Origin: Blastocladiella emersonii ATCC 22665
Taxonomy: Eukaryota; Fungi; Blastocladiomycota
Length of the DNA: 64,000 nucleotides
NCBI GenBank assembly: GCA_025594325.1
Contig: JANHCV010000015.1
Span: 496,001-560,000 of the forward strand
Direction of reading: 5' to 3'
The translations under genes and the position numbers were made by a program. The notes under the pieces were generated by a model that did no database searches, was not told where the DNA came from, and saw only the letters and a list, made by a program, of their open reading frames with translations. Below are positions 11,105 through 23,944 of this stretch, piece by piece. The first letter of the stretch is position 1. Every line of letters starts with the position of its first letter.

Positions 11105-12421
11105 TCACGTGTTCAACGCGGTGTCGTCTTCCGCCGTTGAGCACCAGCCGGGACCCTTCTCGAGATCAAAGTCGCGCCACCACTGGGAGATACGGTGGAA
11201 AGCAAGCTTCTCTGCGAAGCGCTGCGCGCACTGAACGTGGTTGGGCGCGAGCTTGAGCGGGACGCCGGACTGCTTCCACCACTCGAGTCGCGCGAGAGCT
11301 GCGGCCTCGTCGTCGCCCTCCTCGACAATGGACCAGCCGAGCGGGCACGAGAACTCGCCGGGCGGAAGCGTTGTCTTGAGCCGGTCGAGGACCGCGATCC
11401 GGTTCAGCTTGCTCGCGTACCCCGTTATGTGCCACCAAGACGACGTGTCAGTCGTATCGGTTGCGGTTACGTTGAGTTCGCGCAGTCCGTAGTCGGCCTC
11501 ATCAGCGGGGCTCTGGATCGAGTCTATCCCATAGATTGCGCTCTCAGTCGCCGGATCGGGGCATGTACCGCCTTGCAAGCTACAGACGTTACCGTGAATC
11601 CAAGAGAGAAACTCGACTTGCTGCTTCTCTATAGCGCCCCAAGCCAGCTTGATCCAGTCGAAGGTATCGATTACAAAGTCCAACGAAAACCAATGCCGGC
11701 AGTTGTCAAGGACCTTGACGCTTCCATGCGAGAGCGCCGTAGCCATCAAGCCGTCGAGCCAATCTTCTCGATTTATGAATGCCATGGGGTCAGCGAAATC
11801 CCGGGCGCCGTCGACTCTGAGTAGCCAGTCACGAACTGCTGTGTCGTCCCTTTCGATCGCAGCGACGAACTCGTTGACGTCTTGACCAAACTTAAGCTCG
11901 AGACCTGAAGTCTCCCAACGGCGTAGCACGTCCAAGAAACTTGCGGTAGCTGCGCGGCTGAGAGCAGCATCAGTGTAGCAACTCGCGAGGTCGTGCAAAG
12001 CGAGCCAAGCGAGAACGCCGACCTGGCTGTGCGCCGAAGCCAAGTCCATGTACTGTGTCGACGGCGGAAAGTCGCGCCCTGATTCGAGCCACAGGTTCAA
12101 GAGATCTACGCGTCCGCTCGCGCACAGCAGCGCAAGATAGAACTCGACCTCGTGCGGGTCCGCAAGGAACAGTGACCGGCGGGAACAGAGCAGCTCCTGC
12201 CATAGCGAGTCGCGACGGGCATCGAGAATGCCCCAGACTTGCCGATGAAGCGAGTATCGAAAGACGGCTCGGCGTAGTCGCGTGAGACCGGGAGCGACGC
12301 AGAGCAGTGGCAGCGAGTCGGTGCCCTGAACGTCGTTTCGGACGACATGCACGAGTATCATCTCAATGAGCTCCATGGGAAGACGTTACATGGTGTTCAA
12401 ATCGTTCATTTTGCGTTCCAT
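11105..12421 (-). pseudogene. Ankyrin-like repeat protein paralog 1 with premature stop near N-terminus (may restart at Met 12376)
   Basis: ATG TAA CGT CTT CCC ATG (stop at 12386-12388) aligns with ATG CAA CGC TTG CCC ATG of the neighbouring paralog; the remaining 423 codons are open. Confidence 0.65.
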
Positions 12422-12640
12422 GGGAGTGAGCGAGGACACGGAAGAGCAGCGTCGCGTAGTGCGGCGCGTTTCGGCTAGGGTGACGGCTGGGCTAGCCGTC
12501 AGCTGAGTGGCGCAACGCGCCGAGCGACCATGAAGACGTCGACCTGACCACACATGGACTCGTCTCAGCCACCGTGAGTGAATCGTAGCGACTATATGAT
12601 AGGCGTCATCACACAGCACAGCAGGAGTCATCCGAAACCA

Positions 12641-13897
12641 TCACGGCGACTGCTTCTTCTCGAGTCCCGACTCAGCCCACCATTCGGCGACCTTGTCAAA
12701 CCCGAGCTGATGCGCGAAAGCCTGCGCGCACTGGGCGTGGTTGCGCCCGAGCTTGAGGGGAGCGCCAGACTGCTTCCACCACTCGAGGCGCGCGAGGGCA
12801 GCGTCCTCACGATCGTACCTTTCCACAACGGACCAGCCGAGCGGGCAGGGAAACTTGGAGCGGCGCATTACCGTGCGCAAAAACTCAAGCGCATCAATCC
12901 GATTCTTCCGGCTCGCGTAGCCGATCATGTGGGCCCAAAAGTTCCACAAGTCTTCGGCTGCATCGCCGTCATAACCGTAGTCTCCGCGGTCTGCGGAGCT
13001 CTTGATGGCACGCACCCCGTGCAGCTCCAGGTCGTTGGCGGGGTCGGTGGCGCAGCGCAAGTTCGAGTTGTGGACATTGTCATAGATCCAGCGAAGGTAC
13101 GCAAACTCACCACCGTCGATGGCAAGGCGTGCGTGCAAGCCCCAGTCCGTCGTCTCCATGAAGTGTTCCAGGGGAAGCCACTGGACGCACGCCTCGAGCA
13201 CCTTGACGCTCCCGTACTGCAGCGCCATGAACGCCAGCCGCTCGTCCACGTCGTCGTTGAGGCCGCTCCAGATGTCATATCCGTCGCTGTTCCTGCGGAG
13301 CCAGTTGAGGACGGCGGGATCGTCCCGCCGAATCGTTTCCTCGAACAGCTTGCTGGGGAGCTTGGGGCAGTACCATTCCCATTCCGAGCTCTCCCACCAT
13401 CGGAGCACGTCGATGAGGCCCAAGCGGACGGGACACACGATGGCGTCGAGGGTGTGCTGCAACTGGTCGTGATTGACAAGCCAGTCCAGCACGCCGAGCT
13501 GCCCGCGGGCGGACGCCAAGTCCATGTACACGGACGAGCACGGAACCCGGTGGTCAACCTCGACCCACGCGTCCAAGAGATCAGTGCGCCCGTTCGCGCA
13601 CAGCAGCGCGATATAAAACGTGACCTCGTCTGGCTCCACGAGTGGCGTGGCCTGGCGACAAAGGACGAGCTCGTCGAGGAACGCTTGAGAGCAACGGACG
13701 AGTGCACCCGAGAGCCGTGGGTGAAGTGAATGCCGAAGTACGACGCGGCGCAGCCGCACGAGAGCAGGAGCGACGCGCAGAAGCGGCAGCGGGTCGACTC
13801 GGCGGATATCCGATCGGGCCACGTGGACGAGAATCGCTTCAACGAGCTCCATGGGCAAGCGTTGCATGATGTTTCCGTCGGGACTGTTGCGTTTCAT
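12641..13897 (-). CDS. Ankyrin-like repeat protein paralog 2 with F-box-like N-terminus (~418 aa)
   Basis: RLPMELVEAILVHV N-terminus; repeats such as MDLASARGQLGVLDWL, ASRKNRIDALEFL, LEWWKQSG; tandem paralog of 11105-12421. Confidence 0.75.
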   Translation of the reverse strand: MKRNSPDGNIMQRLPMELVEAILVHVARSDIRRVDPLPLLRVAPALVRLRRVVLRHSLHPRLSGALVRCSQAFLDELVLCRQATPLVEPDEVTFYIALLCANGRTDLLDAWVEVDHRVPCSSVYMDLASARGQLGVLDWLVNHDQLQHTLDAIVCPVRLGLIDVLRWWESSEWEWYCPKLPSKLFEETIRRDDPAVLNWLRRNSDGYDIWSGLNDDVDERLAFMALQYGSVKVLEACVQWLPLEHFMETTDWGLHARLAIDGGEFAYLRWIYDNVHNSNLRCATDPANDLELHGVRAIKSSADRGDYGYDGDAAEDLWNFWAHMIGYASRKNRIDALEFLRTVMRRSKFPCPLGWSVVERYDREDAALARLEWWKQSGAPLKLGRNHAQCAQAFAHQLGFDKVAEWWAESGLEKKQSP

Positions 13898-14638
13898 GGT
13901 GGGGAGACTGATGCAGGGGAGGGTGGAGCCAGCGCGCACGAGCGGCGCGTTTTGCTCCCGGCGCCCGATGCGGCCAGTGGAACCGCGGTCGCCTGAGTGG
14001 CGCAACGCGTCGAGGACCACAGCTGTCATCGCAAGCCTTGCTGCACCTTTCCACTTCGAAGCCCACGTATGCGCTTACTCCCAGAAGCTTCGAGCCAACG
14101 CGCTGAGGGTCTGAAAAATAGAGCCGCGGCTCGAATAACAGCTTCGGGTCAATGAGCAAAAAGGGGCAAAACCCAACCATCCCGCGAGCCCTCTCAGCGA
14201 AGGTTCGAACGCGGGACTGCATTCAACAGCCGGCGTGCTCTGGCGGAGTCACCAACACCCGGCTGATATGAGTGTGCTACACGCAGTTGATACTCGATAG
14301 AACGACGACGAGAACCCGCTCGAGTGAGAAGCGTGCCGCGATCACGCAAGGACGTACGGCCGAACGACGGAACCTCGACCGAATCGAGCTCGACTTGACC
14401 CTGGCATGTCGCGTTCCATGACAGAAGGCGGCGACGGGGACGCAAGCGTTGGGTTGGGCCCTCCAACCAGCAATGCCGAGGCGCGACGAACGCGGGTGCC
14501 CCTTGCGCACGTGGGCGGTTTTGGAGACGCGTCGTTCACATCGGCCGCCGCGCGCCGTCGGGACGCTTCCTTGCCCCTCTCAAAGCGATTCGCCCTCGCG
14601 CCCAGCTCACACTTGACTCGACGCAAAAGATTCACACC

Positions 14639-15157
14639 ATGGGCTTTAATCCGAAGAATGCAACTGCCACCAAGAAGCGCGCGAAGCAAAAGTGGGCGGC
14701 GGCCCGCGCACCGACGGCCCCAACCGACGCGACGGTCTCCGCCGCCAAGGCGGCCTACGCCGACCTGGACCAGAACTTGGATGAGATGCTCGCGATCGCT
14801 CAGCGCAACGAGGACGGCGACGACCCGACCGACGCTCCCGTGGCCGTCGCGAAACTCGAGGCGATGCTGGCGGACATCCAGCGGCTGCACCAGGAGGCGC
14901 GCTCGATGCGCCCGCAACGCACCACGGCGGCTGAGCTGGCCAAGTACCGGAGATCGGTCGCGGCGATTGTCGAGTTCGAGACTATCATCAAGGCTAACCT
15001 CGAGCTGCTCCGGCCGATTGCATGCGTGCCGTCAGGGTCCTCGGCGGATATCGACCCCAAGGTTGCACGCGTCCTGGCAGAGTATGGCGTGCCGATTTCG
15101 ATGACGTCCAGCTCTCCTGCTGGTTCGAGCAATGGCCGGTTTGTCGAGCTCCAGTAG
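14639..15157 (+). CDS. Hypothetical helical/coiled-coil protein (172 aa)
   Basis: ORF with host-like codon usage and basic N-terminus; no recognisable family. Confidence 0.5.
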   Translation: MGFNPKNATATKKRAKQKWAAARAPTAPTDATVSAAKAAYADLDQNLDEMLAIAQRNEDGDDPTDAPVAVAKLEAMLADIQRLHQEARSMRPQRTTAAELAKYRRSVAAIVEFETIIKANLELLRPIACVPSGSSADIDPKVARVLAEYGVPISMTSSSPAGSSNGRFVELQ

Positions 15158-15345
15158 GGAGGAGGTTGTCTCTGGCTCCGAGTACATGCTGTTGTGTATC
15201 CGAACCACACGTCAATCAGGATCATCCGCCTGGTTCGTTACTCACTCTCGCTGCCTTCCGCTGGCGAGAGAACGGGCCTGAAAGCGCTGCTGAACCAGTT
15301 TCCCATAACAGTGAGCAAGTGATCCGAACAGGAGTGTATTTGACG

Positions 15346-16092
15346 CTACTCGTCGTCCTCGTCATCAGCGACCTCGGCATACCACGCCTGGAACTCCTCG
15401 AGCACCTCGTTGATCTCCTCCACCAGCCGGTCGCGCATCGCCGCCTTGACCTCAACTTCCTCGCTCAAATCACGCTCACCATACACCGTCTCACCCGCGG
15501 TGGCCTGGTACTCCGCCGTAACCTCGATCCGCCGCTTTTCGAGCGCCTGGACCTGGCGCACCCACTGCGCGAGCTCGCTGCGCTTCCCATCCCCCATGAC
15601 CTCGGCCGGCGGAAGCAAGCCCGACTTGCGCATCGCGGCGTGTGCCTGGCCGAGAACCGCCATCCCGCGGCCCGCGACGCGCGCGTACTCGTTGGCGGCG
15701 TACGTGGCGTGGTCGGGTCCAGCGGCGCCACGGGTTAGGGACGCGGTGAAGGCGGGGTCCAGCACGTGTCGCGTCACGGCGGTGCGGGTCGCTTGCACGG
15801 CCTTGAACTGCGCGACGAGGGCGGCGAGCGGGGCGGCCGGCGCGAGGGCGAGGAGGGTGGTGGGCAGGTGGGGCACGCGGACGACGGAGGGGAGGAGCGG
15901 CGACGAGAAGAAGAGCGGGCGCGAGATGTCGACGGCGTCAATGGCTTCGGACTTGGAGGGGAGGTCGCTAGTGTCGGTGGGCAGCGGGTCGGGCTGCACG
16001 GGGTCGCGGTACTGCTCCTCCTCTCCAGCTCGGTCGTGACCGTGCGAGCAGCCGCAGTGGCCGGGCAGGACGGGGATCGCGGTCGACAGCAT
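15346..16092 (-). CDS. REX1-B (required for excision 1-B)-like protein (248 aa)
   Basis: Pattern ..QxxR..(Y)..LQALEKRRIEVTA..LVEEINEVLEEF resembles the DNA_repr_REX1B family; recognised by eye only. Confidence 0.55.
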   Translation of the reverse strand: MLSTAIPVLPGHCGCSHGHDRAGEEEQYRDPVQPDPLPTDTSDLPSKSEAIDAVDISRPLFFSSPLLPSVVRVPHLPTTLLALAPAAPLAALVAQFKAVQATRTAVTRHVLDPAFTASLTRGAAGPDHATYAANEYARVAGRGMAVLGQAHAAMRKSGLLPPAEVMGDGKRSELAQWVRQVQALEKRRIEVTAEYQATAGETVYGERDLSEEVEVKAAMRDRLVEEINEVLEEFQAWYAEVADDEDDE

Positions 16093-16247
16093 GGTTGTAG
16101 ATGCGTTGCAGGGAGTATCGCTCGCTTTACACGGCGGGGTTCATGGGCTTCGTTCAAGTCGCGGGGAGAACGGACGGCTGCCGTGAGAGCGACGCGTTCA
16201 CTCTGCGGGTATAGACTCGCTCTGTATTCAAAACTGCACCTTCAAAA

Positions 16248-17569
16248 TCACTGGTCGAGCGTCTCCATGTGCTGGTCAACCATGTTCTCGACGACGGCGG
16301 CGGGCGCGCGCACCGCGAGCCGCTCGAGGAACGCGCCGATGAAGGGGAGGTAGTTGGCGCGCGCGCGGGCCTGCTCGCGCTACATCCGCAAGAACAAGTG
16401 AGTTCGTGATCCATCGAGTACATAGAACAGCGTACGTCGTAACCGGCACGCTCCTCGTGGAGCTCGCGGAGCTGGCGCTCGATAGCGTCGCGGTTCTCGC
16501 GCGACTCGCCCTCGACGGGTTCCGCGCTTGGTGCCGCAGCGGCCGCGAGCGAGGCCTCGAGGATCGGCTGCTGGTCGAGCGTGAGCATGAGCAGCGAGAA
16601 GGTTTCGTACTCGGACCTACACGCATAACGGTCAGTTCACCGCGCGGGACACGGCGAGCACAGTGGGACGTACTTCTTGATACGATTCTTGAGCTCGGAC
16701 AGGACGAGCGACGACCACGGCTTGGCCGCGGACGGCCTGGGCATGGGCGCGATGCACTTGGGCGCGAGCTTGAGCCCGTCGAGCTCCCAGACGGCGCCGG
16801 CGTGCGGGACTAAGGCGACAAAGTGGTACGCGATGTACTCGCCGCCCTCCTCGCCCTCCTCCTTTTCCTCGTCCGACTCGTCGTCGTCAAACTCGCTCTC
16901 CTCGTCCGAGTCACCCGCACGCGCGCGCTTCCGCTTCCCGCGCTTCGCCGCACGCTCAATGGCCTTGCGCGCAGCGTCGAGCCCGACCTCCTCGTCGGTG
17001 GGCAGCTGGCCGAACCCGTTGTGGACGCGGCGCAGGGTGGGCGAGTTGGAGATGCACAGGCCGCGCGCCGACGGGCGCATGTCCTTTGTGAAGTCGCGGA
17101 ACTCGGTGAGCGTCGGGCCGAGGTCGACGTGCGGTGAGAGGTTCTCGAGGTTGAGGAGCGCGTGCAGGACGGCCTGGGTGCCGCACGCGTTGGCGATGAC
17201 CTGGTTCGCGAAGAAGAGCGTGTCGGGCACGGCGGGCGTGCTGGTGGCCGACGTTGGTTTCTCGGGCTGCTGGTCGGCAGAGGTCTCGATCGGGAAGCAG
17301 AAGATGAAGGCGAGGGGCTCGCTACAGTCCCAAAGAGTGAGCGACGCTCTCGCGCGGGGGCGACACCAGCGCGTACCCGATGGACTGCACGACCTCGGGC
17401 TCGAGAGCGAACACCTCCTTGACAGTGACGCCCTTGACGCCAATGGAGCTGACGAGGTGGTGGAAGATGCCTGAGCGCGCAGGCGATCCGCGTCAGAACG
17501 GCCCGTGGTCGAGCGGCGAGGGGTGCACGCACCGGGCGTCGACTCAATGGTGCACCACGTTGACGGCAT
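16248..17569 (-). CDS. UCH37: Ubiquitin C-terminal hydrolase UCH37/UCHL5-like (peptidase C12), multi-exon
   Basis: WCTIESTPG start; catalytic QVIANACGTQA and YHFVALV..ELDGLK; C-terminal NYLPFI..L motif; several ~60-nt introns (e.g. 17471-17532). Confidence 0.88.
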
Positions 17570-18138
17570 GTTCAGGATCAGGTTGGTTGCGATGAGTTGC
17601 AGAGGGCTAGTTTACATGAGCTTCGCGTCGCAGTCAAGAGTTGGGGAGAGCGAGCGCGCGAGTGCCGACCTCGCAGCCCGAACGCGACCTTTCTCTTACA
17701 CCGCACGTCCACTCGCACACTTCACTCCTCACTGTGCTCGACGTCGAAGACGTGCTCTACACAAGCATGTTCTGGTCGTTCGTGCGCACATGGTCTCCCG
17801 GTGCGGTACCGCGGTTCGAGGACCCAGCGCAGCGCCATCGAGGACCACTTGTATCACCGCTCAGGCTGGCGACCAAGTCGCTGACCCGTGCGACCTCGTC
17901 ACCATGGCGCTCCTCTCTGGCAGCTCGGGCATTGCAGGAGCGGGACCGTGGCCGCGAGCGACGCGTCGCTCAAAGGCGAGTCACCGGGGCACGTGACGCG
18001 ATCTGCGATGCGAGTCAGGTGGGCTCATGCGAGTCGTTCTGCCGCGGTTTCGGGCTTGCGAGGCGCGCGCCTGTTTGCTCTTCGTCTTGCCCGCGGCCCA
18101 TCCCCGCTCTCGTCCTCCCCACGACGGATCGGCCAACC

Positions 18139-19965
18139 ATGAGCGCTCCCAAGAACGTGTACATTGACGAGCAGACGGGCTCGGACTCGGCCACGGGTCT
18201 GACGGCCGAGACGGCGCTGGCGTCGGCGCTGCGCGCGCTCGAGCTGTACGGCGAGTCGTCGCCCGTGCCGGAGCTCCTGGTGCGCAAGCAGGGCGACGCG
18301 GCGTTCGCGCCGATCGCCAAGGCCGCGCTCAAGAAGGCGCAGAAGAAGTACGACGCCGACAAGGCCAAGGCGGCCAAGGAGCAGGCCAAGAAGGCGGCCG
18401 ACGCCGGCAAGGCCAAGGCCAAGGAGGCCGACGAGGCCAAGCGCCTCGAGGACGCTAAGAAGATTGTGCTCACCATGGAAACGAGTCTGCCCGCTGCCAA
18501 GTCGGTGCGTGATCTCGCTTTCGCTGTGCTGCCGCACCCCGATCGCCTGCTGACCTCTCGTCACGACCTCGTGTAGATCAAGATCCAGGCCGCCGCCGAG
18601 CACCGCGACGCCCGCATCGCCGTCTCCGCCTGGGTCCACCGCCTGCGCGTCCAGGGCAAGGACATGATGTTCGCCGTCCTGCGCGACGGTACCGGCTACC
18701 TGCAGTGCGTCTTCACCGGCCGCCTGGTACGCTCTCCCCCCGCACTGCCCACGCACCACCGCCCCGCGCTAACCGCTCGATCCCGATCCCCACCGTAGTG
18801 CCACACGTACGAGGCCCTGACCCTCACGACCGAGTCGACCATCAAGGTGTACGGCACGCTCAAGAAGGTGCCCGAGGGCAAGGCCGCTCCGGGCGGCCAC
18901 GAGCTGATCGTCGACCACTGGGAGGTGCTCGGTGCCGCGCCCGGCGGCGACGACGCCTTCACGACCAAGCTGAACGCCGACTCGAACCCCGACGTGCTGT
19001 ACGACAACCGTCACCTGATGATCCGCGGCGAGACGGCGTCGGCGGTGCTCAAGATGCGCGCGCTGGTGCTGCGCGCGTTCCGCGCCTTCTACGTGGCCGA
19101 GAACGTGACCGAGGTCAACCCGCCGCTCATGGTGCAGACCCAGGTCGAGGGCGGGTCGACGCTGTTCGAGTTCAACTACTACGGCGAGCAGGCGTACCTG
19201 ACGCAGTCGTCGCAGCTGTACCTCGAGACGGTGCTGCCCGTCGTCGGCGACGCCTACACCATCTCGTCGTCGTTCCGCGCCGAAAAGTCGCACACGCGCC
19301 GCCACCTGTCCGAGTTCACCCACGTCGAGGCCGAGATGGCCTTCATCACCTTCGACGACCTGCTCGACCACCTCGAGCGCATGTTCGACTTCGTGCTCGA
19401 TTTCGTCCTGGCCGACCCCGTCGGCAAGACGCTGCTGGCCGAGCTCAACCCCGATTTCGTGCGTCCGGCGACGCCGTTCCGCCGCATGAAGTACGCCGAG
19501 GCGATCCAGTGGCTCAACGACAACAAGATCAACAAGGAGGAGGACGGGACGCCGTTCGTGTACGGCGACGACATCCCCGAGGCGCCCGAGCGCAAGATGA
19601 CGGACACGCTCGGCGTGCCCATCTTCCTGACCCACTTCCCCAAGGAGATCAAGTCCTTCTACATGAAGCGCGACCCCAAGGACGACCGCGCCACCGAGTC
19701 GGTCGACGTGCTGATCCCGGGCGTCGGCGAGATCGTCGGCGGGTCGATGCGTATGGCGGGCTACGACGAGCTCATGAAGGCGTACGAGCACGAGGGCATG
19801 GACCCCTCCCCGTACTCGTGGTACACGGACCAGCGCAAGTACGGCACCTCCGAGCACGGCGGCTACGGCCTCGGCCTCGAGCGGTTCCTCGCCTGGCTCC
19901 TCAACCGCTACACGGTCCGCGAGTGCTGCCTGTACCCGCGCTTCGTCGGCCGCTGCAAGCCTTAA
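18139..19965 (+). CDS. DED81: Cytosolic asparaginyl-tRNA synthetase (3 exons)
   Basis: VYIDEQTGSD N-terminus; OB-fold WVHRLRVQGK..LRDGTGYLQCV; class II motifs FRAEKSHTRRHLSEF and GYGLGLERF; introns 18505-18576 and 18727-18798. Confidence 0.95.
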
Positions 19966-20214
19966 GTCGCCTTGTGTCGCTGAATTTGATTCGGTTGCTT
20001 TGCTCGCTCACTCAATCACTCATTGTTGGTGCGGTCAGAAGAGATCTTTTTGGGGTTGGTACAGAGGAGGGAGGCGAGCACGCCCGCACGGCCGACCCAG
20101 AGGTCGTGCACGAGCGAGCGGGCGAGCGAGAGAAAATCACAAAGGGAGGGTAACCCGATAGATACACGGCCACCCGTGGCCGAGAAACACGACGCGACGC
20201 GCACCGACGCCCGA

Positions 20215-21498
20215 TCAGTCGATGCGCGAGCGGAAGGCGAGGGCCCAGGTGATGATGACGAGCGGGAACAGCATGAGCGACATGACGAGGCGCATCCAGT
20301 GCGAGTCGGTGAACAGCTCGGCCAACGACCACAGCGCGCCGATGGCGAAGGCGACCCACAGGATGGCCACGGTGCCGCCCGTCGGGCCGAAGCTACGTTG
20401 GGGGAGGGAGGGGGGAGGGGATGGGTGTGAGACCACATGAGTCAATCGAGTGCGGGAGCGCGAGCCAAAAGCGTACCCGAGCGCCGTGATGACCGTGGTC
20501 GAAAAGACCATGAGGAACGTGAGGCGCGCGGCGCGCACGGCGCGGCGGAACTTGTCGCCCCACGGGCTCGCCTTCTCGTACGTGTCGACGGTCGTCACCT
20601 CGGTCAGCGGGCGGCCCTCGACGGGCCGCGCCATGGACGTGGCCGGCTGCCGCTTGCGGCTGCCCGCCACCAGGTACAGCATCAGCAGCATCGCCATCCA
20701 CACCACGAGCGCCGTGAACGCCGCGACCCACATGGCTACGAGACCGCGACGCGGGCGCGGGCGTGTGTCAGTGATGCCGAGCGGTGATGATGGAGACGCC
20801 GCGGCCGGCGCGGGCGCGGCCCGCGCTCACGACGAGCGACAGGAGCACGTACATCGCTGCTTGCCGCTCTCGTAGTCGGTGCCGCCGAGGAACGACGTTG
20901 CCGAGACCGTGTCGCGCGTCGTCATGGTGATGGTGGTGTCGGTGGAGGTGGTGGTCGGCGTGTAGGTCGCGAGTAGGCGCGTGTGCGGTCGGTCGGTGAC
21001 GGCGGCGCGCGGGGAGAGAGAGCGAGGAGGGGGAGGGCGGTGCGGGTCGGTAGACGTGGTCGCGCGGTCGGTGCAGATGCCAGTGGAGCCAACGTCGAGC
21101 AGCGGGAGCGGGAGCAGGGGGAGAGCGAGCGCGTGCGGGGAGCGGTCGGCCGGTTGATGGAGCGAGCGAGCTTGCAGGGTGGCCGCGGTCACGGAAGGCG
21201 CGATGGGGGAGAGAGGACCGAGGGCAGGCAGCGCGGCAGGAGGGGAGGTGGGCGGGCCGGCCGCCCTCTTGAGACCGAACGAGGAAGGTGGTCGCTCGAC
21301 CGCGGCCGCGGCCGCCGTGGCGTGCGCAGCAGCAGCAGGCGCGCGGGCTTCGACATGGAGCCGGGCCGCTCCCACGCGGTGATGACGGCGCATCGGGCTG
21401 CGCGGACCGAGGGGACCTGCCGCCACCACCGCGGCGGCGTGGGGGCCGGAGTGGAGCCAGCGGCCCGTGTGACTCCGCGCGTGTCTCACGGCGATCAA
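20215..21498 (-). CDS. Hypothetical multi-pass membrane protein with Pro/Ser/Thr-rich N-terminus (multi-exon, start uncertain)
   Basis: Hydrophobic helices in 20733-20215; plausible GT-AG introns joining ORF 20827..21498. Confidence 0.4.
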
Positions 21499-21797
21499 TC
21501 ACCAGGCACGCCGTGCATCGGCTCCATTTTCATGCCTATCGCGCGGCCATGCCGATTGCGCGCGTGGTGGTGGTTGGCGCGGCGTGACGGCAGGGCGGCG
21601 AGAAGGGAACGCGTCGGCGTCGGCGTCTCGCAGCAAACGCGAGACGCGTCGCGCGCGTCAGGTGACGCTGACCGATCGCGCGACGCCGCCGGAGCGCTCG
21701 CCGACCCGCTTGCTGACCTGATCCGCCTCGCCTTCCCAACGAAGCTTCCACCTCTTGGCAACGAAGCTCTCCCTCTCTCTCCATGAAAGCCTACTAG

Positions 21798-23376
21798 ATG
21801 AACATGCTGAGCCGCACCTTGCTCCTCCGTCGCGCATCCCGACCTCTTGCCGCCACTGCTTCTGCCGCCATGACGACGCACTCTTCTCCCAGCAACACCA
21901 GCGACGGAGCCGTACCCGCGGCGGCCACTGCCTCGTCGACCGACGCCCTCTACACTTCCGCCACCGCCACCGCCGCCGCCCCCGCGGAACCCGCGAGCAC
22001 CTCGACGCTCGGCCGCCTGCGCAGCATGGTGACGCCGCGGTGCTCGACGCGCCGCTCCACCCCGCTCGGCGCGCGCCACGGCGACCACGGGTCCGTCAGC
22101 CTCAACACCAAGGACGCGCGCCAGCTCGCGCAGTACCGCAAGGCCGAGGCCGAGCTGCTGCGGTACCTGCCCGCTGACGTGACGCCGCGCCTGCACCGCG
22201 TGCAGATCCCGCACGAGTTCTGGTCCGACGACTCGCCGCTCGCCGCCGCCGCCAAAAAGCCCGGTGTCCTGTGCGGCAAGCGCCGCAAGGGGCCCGAGTA
22301 CTTTGAGATCAACACGCTCGAGGTGCAGCACACGCGCAACGTCGAGGGTGAGGTCAAGAAGCCGCACCTCGTCCTCGTCCACGGGTGGGCTGGCGCGCTC
22401 GGCATGTGGCTCAAGAACTACGAGACGCTGTCGCGTACGTTTGCCTGGTGTCATGCTGGTGTAGGCGAAGACTAACCCGCCCGCTCGCCCACCAGAGCAC
22501 TACCACGTCCACGCTCTCGACCTGCTCGGCTGGGGCGGCTCGTCGCGCCCGACCTTCTCAGACCACTTCACGCCGTCGCCCGAGGCCGCGCAGGCCTTCT
22601 TCGTCGAGTCGCTCGAGGCGTGGCGTCGCGCGCAGGGCATCGACAAGTTCACGCTCGTCGGCCACTCCATGGGCGGCTTCGTGTCCGCGTCCTACTCGCT
22701 CAAGTACCCGGACCGCCTCGACAAGACGGTGCTGCTGTCGCCCATCGGCCTGCAGGGCTTCACTGCGAGCGGCGGGTTCCGCGGCGCGAGCCTCGGCCAG
22801 CGCCTGCAGACGGAGCTCCTGCACCGCGCGTGGAACATCACCCCGCAGCGGCTCCTGTCGCTCGCCGGCGAGACCCGCGCGCGCGCCGTCATGTCGCGCG
22901 TCCGGTCGCGCGTCGCCAACGTGTTCGGCACCGACTCGGTGCCGCCAGAGACCCTCGTCGAGTACCTCCTCGCCGGCGTCCAGCGGTCGCCCGGCCGGTC
23001 CGGCGAGGCTGCCTTCACCGCCCTCATGTCGCCGTTCCGCGGGTGGACGCTCCCGCTCGACGCGCAGCTGCGCGAGGCGATTGCGGGTGGCAAGTTCCCG
23101 CCGCTCGTCCTCGCGTACGGCGTCGCGGACTGGATCGACCCGCGCTACGCCGTGCACACCCTCGCTCCGGCGGTCCCGCACGGACGCGCGCACGCGTACC
23201 TCCTCGACGGCGCGGGGCACCACGGGTACGTCGAGGCCGCGCACGAGTTCCACCAGGTCGTCCTGCGCGGCGAGCTCGGGTCCAGCGGGTGCGCCGTCCG
23301 CGAGGCCAAGGACGACCCCAATAAGGTCGCGGTCATGGAGGCCGCGCGCAGCCCGTCGTTCATGTCCATTGCGTAA
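21798..23376 (+). CDS. Alpha/beta hydrolase, ABHD4/5 / Cld1-Ict1-like (2 exons)
   Basis: LVLVHGWAG, DLLGWGGSSRP, nucleophile GHSMGG, C-terminal GAGHHGYVE; intron 22435-22495; Arg-rich mitochondrial-type presequence. Confidence 0.85.
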
Positions 23377-23441
23377 CCAATTGCTGTACAACCTATTCCC
23401 ATAGCATATCTATCGCCTTGAGATGGGTGCAGTCCGTCGTG

Positions 23442-23714
23442 GAGCGCGTCCGAAATAGCGTTCCAGAAGCCGAGACAGGTTGCGAGATGCGCCGTGTTTC
23501 ACGCATATACGACGCGTATGTAACGCAGGCAGGTGCTGCGGTTACGATTGCGTAGTGGCGCAGCTATTTATCACACGGCTGCGGTCCGTCGCGAAGCGCG
23601 TCCGAGAACTTGTTCCAGAAGCCGAGACAGGTCGCCGGCGAGGTGCAACGTGTTTCACGCATGTGCCAGGCAGGCAGGCAAGTGCTGCAGTTACGACAGT
23701 GTAGTGGCGCAGCT
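23442..23714. repeat. Degenerate ~152-bp-period tandem repeat, 2 copies
   Basis: Blocks TTCCAGAAGCCGAGACAGGT, GTGTTTCACGCAT, GTAGTGGCGCAGCT occur twice (23442-23565; 23594-23714). Confidence 0.8.
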
Positions 23715-23944
23715 TTCATGAGCCGAGCGTCGTGCGACTCTCTGCTGAGCCACACGCTCCTCGGACGCGCCGCGCTGCGCCACCATCGCGTCACGCTCGC
23801 TGTGGCTGGACCGCCCCGGTTCTGGAACTGCACCGTCGTCCGACACAAAAGCCGCGCGACAGAGTGTCACCGCGATGGACTCGTCATCGGTCGCTGCGGT
23901 CGGCGCTTGCTCGGATCAGCGAGAGCGCGAGGGTCGCGCGAGAG

